A stretch of 64,000 nt of DNA from Eledone cirrhosa (taxonomy: Eukaryota). Positions 41,081 through 56,250 of the stretch are shown here, piece by piece. Below the pieces are notes generated by a model. It was not told where the DNA came from. It searched no databases and saw nothing but the letters and a program-made list of their open reading frames with translations. Position 1 is the first letter of the stretch, and each line of letters begins with the position of its first letter. The DNA is taken from positions 19,654,001 through 19,718,000 of the forward strand of contig OZ024746.1 of the NCBI GenBank assembly GCA_964016885.1, read 5' to 3'. A program made the position numbers and the translations under genes.

Positions 41081-41400
41081 TGAATAAATACAAAGAGGAT
41101 AAGGCCATCCACAGACGGTGAGGAGCTGTCACCTGTTTGATCAGAGTACCTTATGGCTCCAACAATCTTTCACTCCTTGTACTGGAAACAGGTTCGTCGA
41201 CACATGTTTGTGAGTATGTTTTTGTGGTTTTAGCAGCTGAGCTGTGCGGGGTTAGAGTTAGAATCCTACACCCATTGGACTGTAACCCTTAAACGTTCAC
41301 AAACCGCCAAAAGTCTATCTATTAGCCGCACCTTGGTACTGATACTGGTCCCTTATCTCGTGTCACATCAACATATTAACTGGTTGGTTATGATCTAGGC

Positions 41401-41528
41401 CAGTGTTTGGCTTTCTGAATGGCACGCCCAATTTCAAAACTGCCTTGAATTTTTTTAGTAGTGCGGCCCACCTTATGCTGAGCTACATACTATGCGGCCC
41501 ACTGCTCGAAAAAAGCTGTCCGTACCTG
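41401..41528. mobile_element. hAT-type MITE, same family as 24654-24801
   Basis: Shared body TAGTGCGGCCC...TATGCGGCCCACTGCTCGAAAAAAG; flanks ATCTAGGC / TTCTAGGT. Confidence 0.7.
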
Positions 41529-42437
41529 TTCTAGGTTATACATTAAATTCAGCAAGTTATCATTGCTTTTTAGAGTCACCGTAACCTTAAGACCAACCGT
41601 CACCTACCTGTATTTTAGCTCTTATTATCGATGGAGTGCTACTACTGGCAATATTCGTGTATGGGGTGGGGGGGGGGGGGCTCAGATTCTTGGTCCTTGA
41701 GATTTTATACATACATACATATATGACTGAATACACACGTGCTTTTTCTAAAATTAAAAAAAATTCTTTTCCTCTTTTCACTCCCTGTATTTCTATTTCA
41801 TCTGTTGAAGAAATAGTGTCCGAAACGTAAAGACTCATTTCCTACTATATCAAGCGTTAAACTAATATATTTCTTCCTTGTACTGTGTTGTTTGCTTTGT
41901 TGTTTATACAGAATGAAAGTAAAGCTGTGCAATATTAATGTTCTTCTGAATCTCATTAATGATGTAAGTTTATTATGTAAGTAATCTGAAGGGTGGTGGA
42001 TTGACAGTATGGGTAGAGCAACGGACATCATGCTTTACGGTATAGAGTTATCTTCGTTTACCTTCTAAGTCAAAATACGCTACGTTTAGCTTTACTTTTC
42101 ATCCTTACAGGGTCGATAAAATAAAGTACCAGTAGATTTAATCGACTTTCCCCTCCTCCAAAATTGTTGGCCTTGTGCATAAATCAGAAACGATTAAGTA
42201 AGTAAACTCTGTATTGACTCATTTTGTCATTGAAGTTCATTGAATATTTCTCAATATTTGCAATAACTGATATCCACCCCATATCACTTCATAGTACCTA
42301 GGTGGACTGAGCCAGCGAAATATTAGCAACTTGACTAGAATAAGCATAGAATCGGTGACCACGAGCACCAAAAGCGACACCGGTGATATATAATGCTCGA
42401 CAAATGTTGGTTTCTTAACTAAAGGGTCTCACATCTA

Positions 42438-42622
42438 CGAGGTGGGGCTGAAAAGTTCATAGGCTGACTATGAAGGAATGATGCTAGAACTGTGAAATCT
42501 TGCAAGCATTAATTTCAACTCTTATTAATAACTATTGTTTCTTTCCAGGGACTATGTTGTAAAATAAACCTCTTTCCATGAGAGTATCTTGGTCATCCTA
42601 TGAACTTTTCAGCCGACCCTCG
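42438..42622. mobile_element. Mariner-like MITE (partial second copy at 15288-15460)
   Basis: TIRs CGAGGTGGGGCTGAAAAGTTCATAG / CTATGAACTTTTCAGCCGACCCTCG. Confidence 0.7.
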
Positions 42623-43399
42623 TGTGTGTGTATTTATATTATACACACATACAAGGGTAGCATATGGCCTTTTCAGCCGACCCTGGTATTAGCGAACAGA
42701 GGTATACGGATGTGTGAGGTTCATGTCTAACTGAGGATATTAGCAATGTAAATTAAGTGAAATAGCTACAGTCGAGAAACAAAACAGTCTTGCGACTTTA
42801 CGGCGCCCACCTAAATTTTGTCAATATAAGAAATAACTATGAGTTAAGTTAAGGTTTGTTCTAAGCCCAAGGTTGATCAGATCAGTGATTATCTCTGGTT
42901 TCCCTGGTGTTCAGCAAGAGAACAAGACTTCCCCCAGGACAGGACACCGGTCTATCGCAGGTTTAACTCCACAGCTACAGCTGGTACTCACTCTCAGCTG
43001 AGTGTATTGGAGCAACGTGAAGTAAAATGTTTTGCTCAAAATCACAACGCAGCACCTTGTCCATGCGACTTAGGCCATGCGACTTTACTAAAAATAACTA
43101 TTTACATCTATCCCTGTATTTGAGGTTACTGAATTCTAGTATAACGTGACTTAGTAGTTAGAGAATTGGATTCGCAATCGTAACGTTGCCAGTTCGATTC
43201 CCCGACCGGGCAATGCGTTATGTTCTCGCCAGGGGTTGCGATCAGTAGATAGTATCAGCAATGGAAAGACAAATGGAAATATTGTTCACCCCTCCTCTCG
43301 GTAAACGTGTGAGGTGTGTGTGTGTGTATATATATTTTTATCTATACATTGTCCTTCAGTACATCTTATGCTATATACTACATTTCTAGTTTATGTTTA

Positions 43400-44335
43400 T
43401 CTAGATAAACATAAACTCAATATTAAGATAGTAGAAAGACCAGGTACCTCCATAAAAACACTTATTAGCAAGACATACCCTTTTCAAAGACCTCCCTGTA
43501 TAGATAAGAAATGTATAACCTGTAAATTAAGCCCCCATATTAACTGTAAAACTAGAAATGTAGTATATAGCATAAGATGTAGTGAAGGACAATGTAGAGA
43601 TAGAAATATAGTGTACATAGGTGAGACAGCTCGTAGTGTAGGGGAACGGATAAATGAACACTGGCGAGACCTTCAAGATAGTAAAGAATCATCTGTACTC
43701 TACCAACATGCTAAAATAGAACATAAGGGTAAATTAGAGAACATAGAAATAAAAATAGAATCTACACACAGAAAAGACGCAATGTTTAGACAAATCACAG
43801 AGGCAATAAACATAAAAGAATTACAACCAAAATTAAATAGAAAACATGAGTGGAACAGCAACATCACAACTTACAATTAAGGACAAAATGAAAACACACA
43901 CGCACATAGAACAAACAACCAACCAGAAACATGTAAATAAACAAATAAATAAACGAATATAAACACACACAGATACCCGGATGTGGCGCATGCGCAGACT
44001 GAGCACAACACACACACAGAAACAAGATGGCGTAGGACAGAACAAAGGAGAGGCACAAAAACAAAGAAAAGAATCCCCAGTCACTGAAGAGGTCACAGAA
44101 TGTGTGACGAAAGAACTTTGACAATATATAAACAACCATCTGGTTGTGGAACCAACCAACCGGAAATTTATAAATTCCTAAATTTATAAATTTATTATAA
44201 TAAATTGAAGTGAAAGCAACTGGTGCGTGTGTTTCTCATTGGCAATATGACCCTCCCAAAATATAACAATATCGGTTTCAACACACGTTTTCAGATAAAG
44301 AATCTTGCTAAACAAATTCAGAAACGAAATATATA
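43400..44335 (+). mobile_element. Penelope-like element 3' fragment: GIY-YIG endonuclease plus 3' UTR/pLTR
   Basis: C-x4-C-x2-C, NVVYSIRC...VYIGETARSVGERINEH...RQITEA...LNRKHEW; Naiad/Neptune-like by recall; hammerhead in the 3' UTR. Confidence 0.88.
44080..44122 (+). ncRNA. Type I hammerhead ribozyme motif in the PLE 3' region
   Basis: GTCA-CTGAAGA-G-GTCACA...TGTGAC-GAAA-GAAC-TT-TGAC. Confidence 0.6.
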
Positions 44336-45046
44336 TTTTTTATTTATTCGTTCTGTTAGATTTCAGGTATTTTTTTAAATCAAAGCATTGGCCCCTAAAA
44401 TACTACAATGAGGCCTTGCAATGCTACTGTGGGCCGTTACAATGCCTACGGTGCCATTGGGCAACCTGCCCAGTCCACCACTGACTATATTGTATAAAAT
44501 ACATGGCAAACTGGTATATACCTTCTAAGATACTCAGTTTCCTGAAGTTGATTTTTCTTCATTCTTCATTCTCAGAGTACGTTAGTTTACCATGTATTTT
44601 ATACAATATAGTATATTTACCTCTAAGATTACATATTGAGGGATTTTTCTTTAGTGGTTACAACCATATATTAACGGTGTGTGTGTGCGTGCGTATATAT
44701 ATATATACTACTAAAACTCTTGTATATATATGTATATATATATGTATATATATGTATATATATATATATATAAATGTATATGTATATATATATATATATC
44801 CATGTTCTCTTATCCATGTGTCTACTCTTGTCTGTTCTCTTATCCATGTGTATGCTTGTATGTAACTATATGTTGACAGCACCCCGCCCAACTGTGACTG
44901 ATAGCACCCCTTATTTTTATTTTTATTTTTATTTTTATTTTTATTTTTACTTTTATTTTATTCTTATCCTTTATCGTCTATTATTACCTTTCATTCTTCA
45001 ATGTCTTGGATTTGTTATTGCTTGTACGGTATGTAATTAACCTTTA

Positions 45047-45092
45047 TGCTCTGATGAGTCCCACTTATAGTGCGGATGAAACAATGTTAGCA
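45047..45092 (+). ncRNA. Type I hammerhead ribozyme motif
   Basis: TGCT-CTGATGA-GTCC...GGAT-GAAA-CAATG-TT-AGCA; stem I extends (CTTTA/TAAAG). Confidence 0.6.
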
Positions 45093-45229
45093 AGTAAAGA
45101 TATGCATATGCTATAAGCGTTCTTTGTTATTTATTATATTACGGCTCTGTCCTCAGACATTGAGCTAACCTCATACTGCCTGCTGGATAAGTGGAGTGTT
45201 ATCCACCCCTGATCCTTTCCTTAGCATAC

Positions 45230-45382
45230 TATGTATATATATATATATATATAAATGTATATGTATATATATATATATATATAAATGTATATGTATATAT
45301 ATATAAATGTATATGTATATATATATATATATAAATGTATATATATACATATACATTTATATATATATATATATACATATAC

Positions 45383-45419
<37 letters not shown>

Positions 45420-45476
45420 CATTTTTATATATATATATATATATACATTTATATATATATATATATATACATATAC

Positions 45477-45519
<43 letters not shown>

Positions 45520-45552
45520 CATTTATATATATATATATATATATACATATAC

Positions 45553-45600
<48 letters not shown>

Positions 45601-45851
45601 TTATATATATATACATATACGTTTATATATATATATATATATATATACATTTATATATATATATATATATATACATTTATATATATATATATATATACAT
45701 TTATATATATATATATATATATACATTTATATATATATATACATTTATATATATATATATATACACATATACATTTATATATATATATATATACACATAT
45801 ACATTTATATATATACTTATATGTATATATATATAACTATATAAGTATATG

Positions 45852-45885
<34 letters not shown>

Positions 45886-45913
45886 CATATGTATATATAT
45901 ATAACTATATAAG

Positions 45914-45955
<42 letters not shown>

Positions 45956-45983
45956 CATATGTATATATATATAACTATATAAG

Positions 45984-46027
<44 letters not shown>

Positions 46028-46830
46028 CTTATGTATATATATACATATACTTATATATTTATATATATATTGTTATACTTTGGGAGGGTCATGTTGCCAA
46101 TAAGAAACACACGCACCAGTTGCTTTCACTTCAATTTATTATATATTTATAAATTTCTGGTTGGTTGGTTCTACAACCAGATAGTTGTTTATATATAGTC
46201 ATAGTTCTTTCGTCACACACTCTGTGACCTCTTCAGTGACTGGGGATTCCTTTCTTTGTTTCTGTGCCTCTCCTTTGTTCTGTCCGACGCCATTTTGTTT
46301 CTGTGTGTGTGTTGTGTGCTCAGTCTGCGCATGCGCCACATCCGGGTGTCTGTGTGTGTTTATGTTCATTTATTTATTTGTTTATTTACATGTTATTGGC
46401 TGGTTGTTTGTTCTATGTGTGTGTGTGTGTTTTCATTTTGTCCTTAATTGTAAGTTGTGATGTTGCTGTTCCACTCATATTTTCTATTTATATATATAGT
46501 TATATATATATATACATATACATATATATATATACATATATATACTTATATATATATATATACATATATATACTTATATATATATATATATACATATATA
46601 TACTTATATATATATATATATACATATATATACTTATATATATATATATATTCATATATATACTTATATATTTATATATACATACATATATTTATATATA
46701 TACTTATATATATATATACATACATATACTTATATATATACTTATATATATATATACATACATATACTTATATATACATACATATACTTATATATATATA
46801 CTTATATATATATATTACATACATATACTT

Positions 46831-46861
<31 letters not shown>

Positions 46862-47090
46862 CATTTATATATATATATTTATATATATATATATATATAT
46901 ACATATACATTTATTTATATATATATATATATATATACATTTATATATATATATATTATATATATACATTTATATATATATATATATACATATACGTTTA
47001 TATATATATATATACACATATATATATATATATACATATACGTTTATATATATATATACATATACATTTATATATATTATATATATAACG
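45230..47090. repeat. (TA)n-derived satellite field
   Basis: Directly visible; interrupted by the inverted PLE copy. Confidence 0.95.
46067..46490 (-). mobile_element. Inverted copy of the PLE 3' region (matches 43834-44272), with a hammerhead at 46198-46240
   Basis: Reverse-complement match; the ORF track gives near-identical peptides at 43833..44159(-) and 46185..46460(+). Confidence 0.9.
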
Positions 47091-47610
47091 GTAAATTAGC
47101 CTCATACTTGATGAGCGGCGGCAAGGAAAATTGTGCGAACAGAAAGAAAAAATAATGTGACACTAAAATAGAAAATAATAAGCAGATAGCCAATACTTCA
47201 ACGGAAGTTGGATGTGTTTCAGAGCAGACAGTGAGAGCAATTGAACGGAAATTATACGTGATTTTACTAGAGAGGTGGCATAGAGTCCCGCCAGACTGAC
47301 TTTAAGAATGATCCAGCACATAAACTAGGGTTTTAATTAAATGCTTTATATATTTCTTTTGTAGATTGTGGTTTATGGTATTGCTTCGCTGACAATGTCC
47401 AACTATGTTCAAATGCATGTGTCGACAGGATTACATTTTTTTTTTTTAAGTAAAAAGAAAACAATATACCAAAGTATATACACACGTTTCTCTTTCTCCT
47501 TAATGGGATGTGTGTGCGCGTATCTGTATGTGTATATAACACACACACCCATGGACTGAGTGCTCTACCACTACGGATATTACCTTCCAGTGCTCTACCT
47601 CTCTCTCTAC

Positions 47611-47661
<51 letters not shown>

Positions 47662-47865
47662 CAAGTCTGAAAAACTATTAAATAAAATTATCTGTGACTA
47701 TATCTAATTATATATATATACCCCTTTGAATTTTATATATATATATATATATATACTACTAAAACTCTTGTATATATATATGTATATGTATATATATGTA
47801 TATATATGTATGTATATGTATATATGTATATGTATATATGTATATGTATATATATGTATATGTAT

Positions 47866-50017
47866 ATAACTTTGAATAACTTTGAATAACTTTGAAATGT
47901 TTTGGCCAGTATTGGCCCAGGCCATGTCTAACTTAATAGCACCACCTGGCGAAGTCTTTCAATTCAGGATTTGGGCACCATGGCCCATTCGAGAAGAGAA
48001 TTACTGTTTGCGGAGACATATCCGGGTGTGGGTGGTTTGTCCGGGATTACTTGGAGGAATTTGTCCAAAGACTTCTTGAATTTTGTGTGGTCAGTTTCTG
48101 TTTTGACGTGTCCTGGTGTGATGTTGAAGAGAGCAGGGCCGATTGAGGTGAAATAATTGTGCCGTATTGTTGTTATGAGTTGCGATTTAGATTTTTGAAT
48201 GGGACGGATAGCACGGGGCCCAAGCCTTGGGTGTATCTTGAAGGCGATGCCAACATCATTTGGGCAGTGATGATGGAACATTTTCCACATCATGCAGATA
48301 ATATAACGCTCACGGCGACGTTGGAGTGAGTAAAGTTTCAGGTTTTCTAATCGACCCCAGTAGTCAAGGTCTGACATGCCATCTATCTTTTTCGTGATTG
48401 CCCTTTGAGGAGCTTCAAGTTTCATGATACTTTGTTTCGTGTGGGGAGACCACAGTGGACAACAGTATTCAAGGTGTGGTCGGGCAAAAGTAGAGAAGAG
48501 AAGGATAATGGTGCGGGAATCTCTCGACTGGAAGGTTCTGAGGATCCAGGAACACATTCTGCGGGCCATGTCAACTTTGCTGCTTATATGCGTGGTCCAG
48601 CTTATGTTGCTGTCCACGGTTACTCCCAAGTCTCTGATGTTGTTAGATGCCACGAGAGTTTCCCCGGAGGGAAGGGAGTACGGGAGTTTCAGAGCATCCT
48701 CTTTTCCAAAGTGGATCAGTTCGAATTTGTCTTCGTTCAGTAACATGTTGTTCTTTTCTGCCCATTGGGTAACAGCCAGTAGGTCTGACTGAAGGCTTAT
48801 CCGGTCATCCACGCCATTGATGACCTTTTGGAGCTTGGAATCATCAGCGAAAATTTTAATGTTGCTGTGTTTGATGATGTCAGTGATGTCATTAATATAG
48901 ATGATGAAGAGAAGTGGGCCCAACACAGTGCCTTGTGGGACCCCACTACTGACTTTGGCTGGGCTTGATTTGACTCCCTCAACTACAACATGTTGGGTTC
49001 TGTTTGACAGGAAGCTCTTGATCCACTGCAGCAGCTTTCCAGTGACACCAATATTGGACAGCTTTCTCAGTAGAATGTTATGATCAACCCTGTCAAATGC
49101 CTTGCTGAAATCAAGGTAGATAACATCAGTGTTGGAACCCTCTCCCAAGGCTCTCAAAATGTCATCAAAGTGATGCAGTAGCTGCGTCAGGCAATCCCTT
49201 CCATTACGGAATCCATGCTGGTTGGAGTTCAGCATATTGTTACTCTCAAGGAAGTGGGTCATTCGCGATCTCACCACTCTCTCAAATACCTTAATGATAT
49301 GAGAGGTGAGTGAGATTGGACGGTAATTCACGGCAAGGGATTTGTTTCCCTTTTTGAAAACTGGGACAACAGACTGGGATAGAAGGTTTTCTGGCACATA
49401 TCCAGCATCCAGTGAGTTCCGCCACAGATTGGCAAGAGGAGATGCAAGTTGGTGTTGACACGCCTTCAAGACACAAGCAGGGAACCTATCGGGACCTACT
49501 GCTGAATTATGCTTGATTTCCTTTATTGCCGCCAAGACATCAGGGGCGCCAAACGTTATGTCCGATAAGGTGTAATGGGGAGTAACATCGCCGATACAGC
49601 CCAGATCGGCCATATCAGGATTGCTGAAAACAGATCAGTATTGTTTCTGCAGTATCTCACCCATGGTTTTAGCATTGTCTTGAAGAGTGCCATTTTCATC
49701 AATTAGAGGGCCAACAGTAGAGCCAGTGATTTTGTGTTTTTTTGCAAATGAAAAGAACACTTTGGGATTGAGTTTGATCTTCTCAATGGCCCAGGCCTCT
49801 TCAGCTCTTCTCTGATTGTTGATGAGGGACATTATGTTGTTTTGGAGGTTATGTTTTTTAATCTCTAGTGATGAAATGGCAGTCAAGTTGATGTGTTGCT
49901 GCTGACAGTATTTCAGCTTGTTGATTTTTTTGTTCGTTCTCTTAATTTTTCTGATGAGTGTTTTTCTATTTCTAGGGATTCTGCTCTTAGATTTGTTTTT
50001 AGTTCTTAATGGGGTGT
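47866..50017 (-). mobile_element. 5'-truncated CR1/L2-group LINE with intact reverse transcriptase domain
   Basis: NYRPISLTS, YLDFSKAFD, GVPQGTVLGPLLF, FADD, SLQRRRERY; one in-frame TGA at 49635-49637; 3' tail (TTCAAAGTTA)x3. Confidence 0.93.
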
Positions 50018-51645
<1,628 letters not shown>

Positions 51646-52412
51646 GAATATAATAGGAGCGGTGAAAAACAATTACGCGTAAAGACAGAACCACGTTTAT
51701 GGTATAAAAGAGGTCGTAGACTAATGTTCTCTTAGGTGGTTCATAGAGACGTTCTCTGGCAATGAATGAAAAAAACGAAGATAATACGTCATATGTGGAG
51801 CGTAGAGAACAATTGCACACAGACAAAACCACGTAAATGGTATAGCAGAAGTCGTAGACTAAAATTCTAACTAGGAGACCGAATGAATCTCCGCTTCAGA
51901 GTTAAGAACAAAGTAAATAAATACAATACAGAGGTAATAGAAATTAAATAAATACATACACGCATACAAATACGTACATACACAAGCATACGCGAAAACA
52001 CTTACCATAGGTATACAAAACCACGCACATATAAATATGTGTGTGTGTGTATGCGTGTATACAAATAAATAAATAATTAAATAAACGTATATAAATAAAT
52101 AAATACGTATATAACAAGCGCACACACATGCTTACATGTAAATACACAAATGTTCGGAGACATAAGTCAACCAAAACATGAAGTACACATATACACACAC
52201 CCTACATACGTACGAACCTGCATACTCACACAGACGCAAAACACCCGTATACACATAACCAAACCATATGTACCAGAAAATATAAAATTATACGCCATAA
52301 CATATACAATCAAATATACATACGAGAAGGTATACGTATCTTCACAAAACATACAGGTAATATATACTTACCTATGCAAATAAGTAATGGTATAAACAAA
52401 ACATATACTTAG

Positions 52413-52889
52413 CTACCACATCAAGACGTAAAATATCCACGTATAGATCGTACTATCCGTTAGGGTATAACGTGGGCTGTAATACAGGAAAGTTTTGTGC
52501 AATTTATGTTTACAAGCCGAAATTGCCTCAGATTCTTTGTTTAAGATGTGGTCTGTGGCGTAGAGTATTTCCAGGGCCTCAGCGGCGCAGAGGTCACATG
52601 GTCTTTTATTTCTGTTATACGATCTAGCCCTAGCTAGGATCTCCCAGTGTAACTTATATTGGGTGTGGTTGTCTTTTAGACTCCAGATATAAGCTGAAAG
52701 TGACGTCATATTCCTTCTTAGAGGGTAACGAAAAGAATGGGTATGCATGTAAAGACGCTGCTTGAATCTATTGGCAGTTAACCCTATGTAGGCCCTACGG
52801 GACGTGGGTGTTTCAACCTTACATTTGTAGACAATGTTACTAGAGAGGCATTTCCCGGATAGGGAGCAATCAACCCGATTCCTACAATT
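52413..52889 (-). mobile_element. Penelope-like element GIY-YIG endonuclease fragment (second family)
   Basis: CSLSGKCLSSNIVYKC...AYIGLTANRFKQR...TSLSAYIWSLK...CDLCAAE...LNKESE..CKH. Confidence 0.85.
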
Positions 52890-52947
52890 TCAGAAGATCC
52901 CGTTAAGGGTGAAAGCAACGATTCTTTGCTTAAACTTTAATCTGTTA

Positions 52948-52992
<45 letters not shown>

Positions 52993-53002
52993 CTAAAACT
53001 CT

Positions 53003-53040
<38 letters not shown>

Positions 53041-53164
53041 TTCAATACTCCAACGAAGAGAACACAGAGAAACGCCAAGACAAGCGGAATTATATATATG
53101 TATAATGTGTGTGTGTATTACATATAGGGTCATCCAACAAACGAGTCTCTGTGTGGATCCCTGC

Positions 53165-53415
53165 TTCGCACCTCTGATGTTGTGAGGAGTCGCCTTCTGG
53201 CGCTTGTCGGCCATGTCACTCGCCATAATGAAGGTTGCTCCTTTGGACTCCGGTTGGAAAAAGAGACGAGTTGGCCGGCCATATATCATCTTGAAATCAA
53301 TCGAGGTGGACATAGGCCTCAAAGGAACGGATCTACGTGCTGCAATTGTCAACCGAGGACTCTGGAGCTCGAACTTTACCAATGCCTCACCACCACATCG
53401 GATGAACCAAGAAGG
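53165..53415 (+). mobile_element. RTE LINE 3' fragment
   Basis: RSRLLALVGHVTRH, KRRVGRP, then ...NRGLW. Confidence 0.65.
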
Positions 53416-53539
53416 TATATATATATATATATATTGTAAATAGTGTGCGACCTCAGCCATCGGGCACTATATAAATAATATATATATTGTGATTGAGAGC
53501 TGGACCAACTCCTGAACAGGCCGTCACTGCGTAGTACGA

Positions 53540-53865
53540 AAATTTCCTTCAACACCCAGAGTAAGCACCAGATTTTACAAAAGCTTGGAGTTCAAGGGTC
53601 TCCAGCTCTTTAATGGGCTGTTGAAAATCCCGAGAAATCTACATGGGGTTGATGTAGATGTTTTCAAGAAATATCTCGACATTCTGCTAACCAAGATCTC
53701 AGATGAGCCCACAATGCGCCAAGAAACACAAAAGAAGGCGGCAGTTTCAAACCGCTTCATGCATCAATAACCATCCAAGGATGGACGGCTATAGAAAGTG
53801 TAGCGACAACGGCGGTGCCCCAGCATGGACTCAGTCCATAAGCTGGGACAGGTAAAGCAGTAAAA
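53540..53865 (+). mobile_element. CR1/L2-group LINE 3' fragment
   Basis: GLQLFN...FKKYLDILLTKISDEP parallels GPALFN...FKKSLDKFLQVIPDKP of the 47.9-50 kb LINE. Confidence 0.7.
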
Positions 53866-54269
53866 CATTTTTGTTAGGTGGAATAACAATGAAAGAATTG
53901 TACGATTTAGTTTAAAGGAACCAATGTGTTGCAACATACTACATATGACAAAACTTTGAGTAGCGATAATATTACTTTTATTGTACTGTGTGCGTGTATA
54001 TATATATATATATACTGCGTGTATATATATATATACATATATATACACACACGGAAATTTATAAATTTAATTTATAATAAATTGGAGTGAAAGCAACTGG
54101 TGCGTGTGTTTCTTATTGGCAATATGACCCTCCCAAAGCATAACAATATCAGTTTCAACACACGTTTTCAGATAAAGAATCTTGCTAAACAAATTCAGAA
54201 ACGAAATATATATACATATATATAAGTATATATATATGTGTGTGTGTGGATAGATATATGTTTTTATTT

Positions 54270-55095
54270 CTAATAATTGTTTCTACTTTTGGCACAAGGC
54301 CAGCAATTATCCCAGTCTATTACTGGTACTTTATTTTATCGACCCCATAAGGATGAAAGGCAAAGTTAACCTCGGCAGGATTTGAACTCAGATCGTAAAG
54401 GGACGTAACTATGCTGGAAAGCATATCTGACCCTCTACCGATACTGCCAATTTACCGCTAATAATGATTTCTGATTTAGGTCCAAATTTGAGGGGAGGGA
54501 AAAGTCGATTAAATCGACCTCATTACGTTACTGGTGCTTTATTTTATTGACCCGTAAAGGATAAAAGGCAAAGCGAACCTATGCGGGATTTGAACTCAGA
54601 ACTTAAAGCATATTCTCCGACACTATACCAATAACGCCGTTGTATTTCTAATAATACAAACCTAATTATATCATTAAGTTAAGAAACGGACGAGGCGGGT
54701 ACCGATTGTCTTCGACTAGCTTTGTAAACTTATTTATACACACACAATTATAGGAGGCACATGGCTTAGTGGTTAGAGCATTGGCCTTGCAATCGAAAGG
54801 TTGTGAGTTCAATTCTAAGACCGGGTGATGTGTTGTTTCCTTGAGCAAGACACTTTATTTCACATTGCTCCAGTTTACTCAGCTGTAGAAATGAGATGAT
54901 AGGGACTGAGGTCCCTATCATTCCACTGCAAAGTGGTCGTGGAGGTGCCACGGCAAAAAAAGCACCCAGCACTCACTGTAAATGAGGTTGGTGTTAGGAA
55001 GGGCATCCAGCTGTAGAAATCAAGCCAGAACCAGTTCCAGTCCCACCCTTGCAAGCAGGGAAAAAGTGGACGTAAAATGAAATGATGATGAAATT
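54270..55095. mobile_element. SINE cluster (two Deu/Nin copies on -, one Meta-type copy on +)
   Basis: Same cores as the other copies. Confidence 0.75.
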
Positions 55096-55173
55096 TTATA
55101 TATATATATATATATATATATGACAAGTAAGTATGTTTTTTTAAACAGTGAGCAAGTTTTGAAATTAGAAAAT

Positions 55174-55244
55174 GACGTGTTGGTGTAATGGTAGCACAGT
55201 GGTCTGGATAACCAAAGATGTGGGTTCGACTCCCATGTACATCA
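55174..55244 (+). tRNA. tRNA-like cloverleaf, anticodon position GGA; probably a pseudo-tRNA
   Basis: A-box TGGTGTAATGG, B-box GGTTCGACTCC; four stems pair with some mismatches; TTTTT terminator at 55254-55258. Confidence 0.45.
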
Positions 55245-55340
55245 ATACTCATCTTTTTCCATTTATCTGAGGGTTCTAATGACCATTATCAGACTTACAT
55301 TTCTTTAGTCAAAATACGGTGAAAGCTATTTTATTTTTTA

Positions 55341-55377
<37 letters not shown>

Positions 55378-55814
55378 TCACGCACATACATAAATACGCA
55401 TACATGAAATCTAACCTCCAAATCTTCAGTCACTGGTGCAACGTATAGTTAGTTACCTTAATACCTCTTCTAAAACAACCCTAACTCTACAACCATCCAC
55501 CACGAGCTTGTTTACTCTATCGTTTATCCAATCCACATTGAAATACGCCTGTCACGTTAAACACACAATCTTTGTCTCCAGTTTTACATTCCTCTAGAAC
55601 TCACCCGGCTGCTCATATCTTTTCCGAAATTTTAACTTAAAACAATTCAATGCCAAACATGAACTGTACTAGCATCACCTTACTATCTCACCTCCATGAA
55701 GAGTCTTTCACATGAAGGGTCGTATTATTCATAAGGCTGACTAGACTCATGTCTAGGATTAGGGGCTCGTGGATTTTTTTCCTTTCTATTTTTTTTTTTT
55801 TTTTTTTCTGAAGC

Positions 55815-56250
55815 ATTGTGGAAGGCGTGTGTCCTAGTGGTAGCATTTTTGCGGAAGGCGTGTGTCCTAGTGGTAAGGGTGTTGGACCTACGATGATAGT
55901 GTCGTGGGTTCGATTCCTGAACTGGGTTCTGTGTTGTGTTCTTGAGCAAAACATTTCATTTCACATTGCTCCAGTATACTCAGCTGAAAATGAGCACCAC
56001 CAGAAATAGCTGGAGCTTTACCCCTGCGATGGACTGGTGTCTTGTCCAGGAGGAAGTCTTGTACTCTCAGTTGCTTAACGCCACGAAAACTGGGATAAGT
56101 ACAGACTGATGAGCCTCCAGGCTCGAGAGAGACTTTAACCCTGAGATGGAGTGGCGTCCTGACCAGGAGGAGGTCTTGTACTCCCAGTTGCTCAACGCCA
56201 CAGAAAGCAGGATAAACACCAGCCTCATGAGCCTCCGGGCTCGAGATTAA
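55815..56250 (+). mobile_element. Meta/V-type SINE with duplicated head start and duplicated tail
   Basis: GGAAGGCGTGTGTCCTAGTGGTA twice; tail GAGCCTCC-GGCTCGAGA twice. Confidence 0.75.

Noticed and set aside
41800-41835. TTGAAGA...CGAAACGTA hammerhead-like motif
   Set aside because: Core C is lost and stem II does not pair; at most a decayed PLE remnant.
56100-56140. CTGATGAGCC...GGCTCGAGAG as a hammerhead
   Set aside because: No GAAA core or stem I; it is the SINE tail stem-loop.
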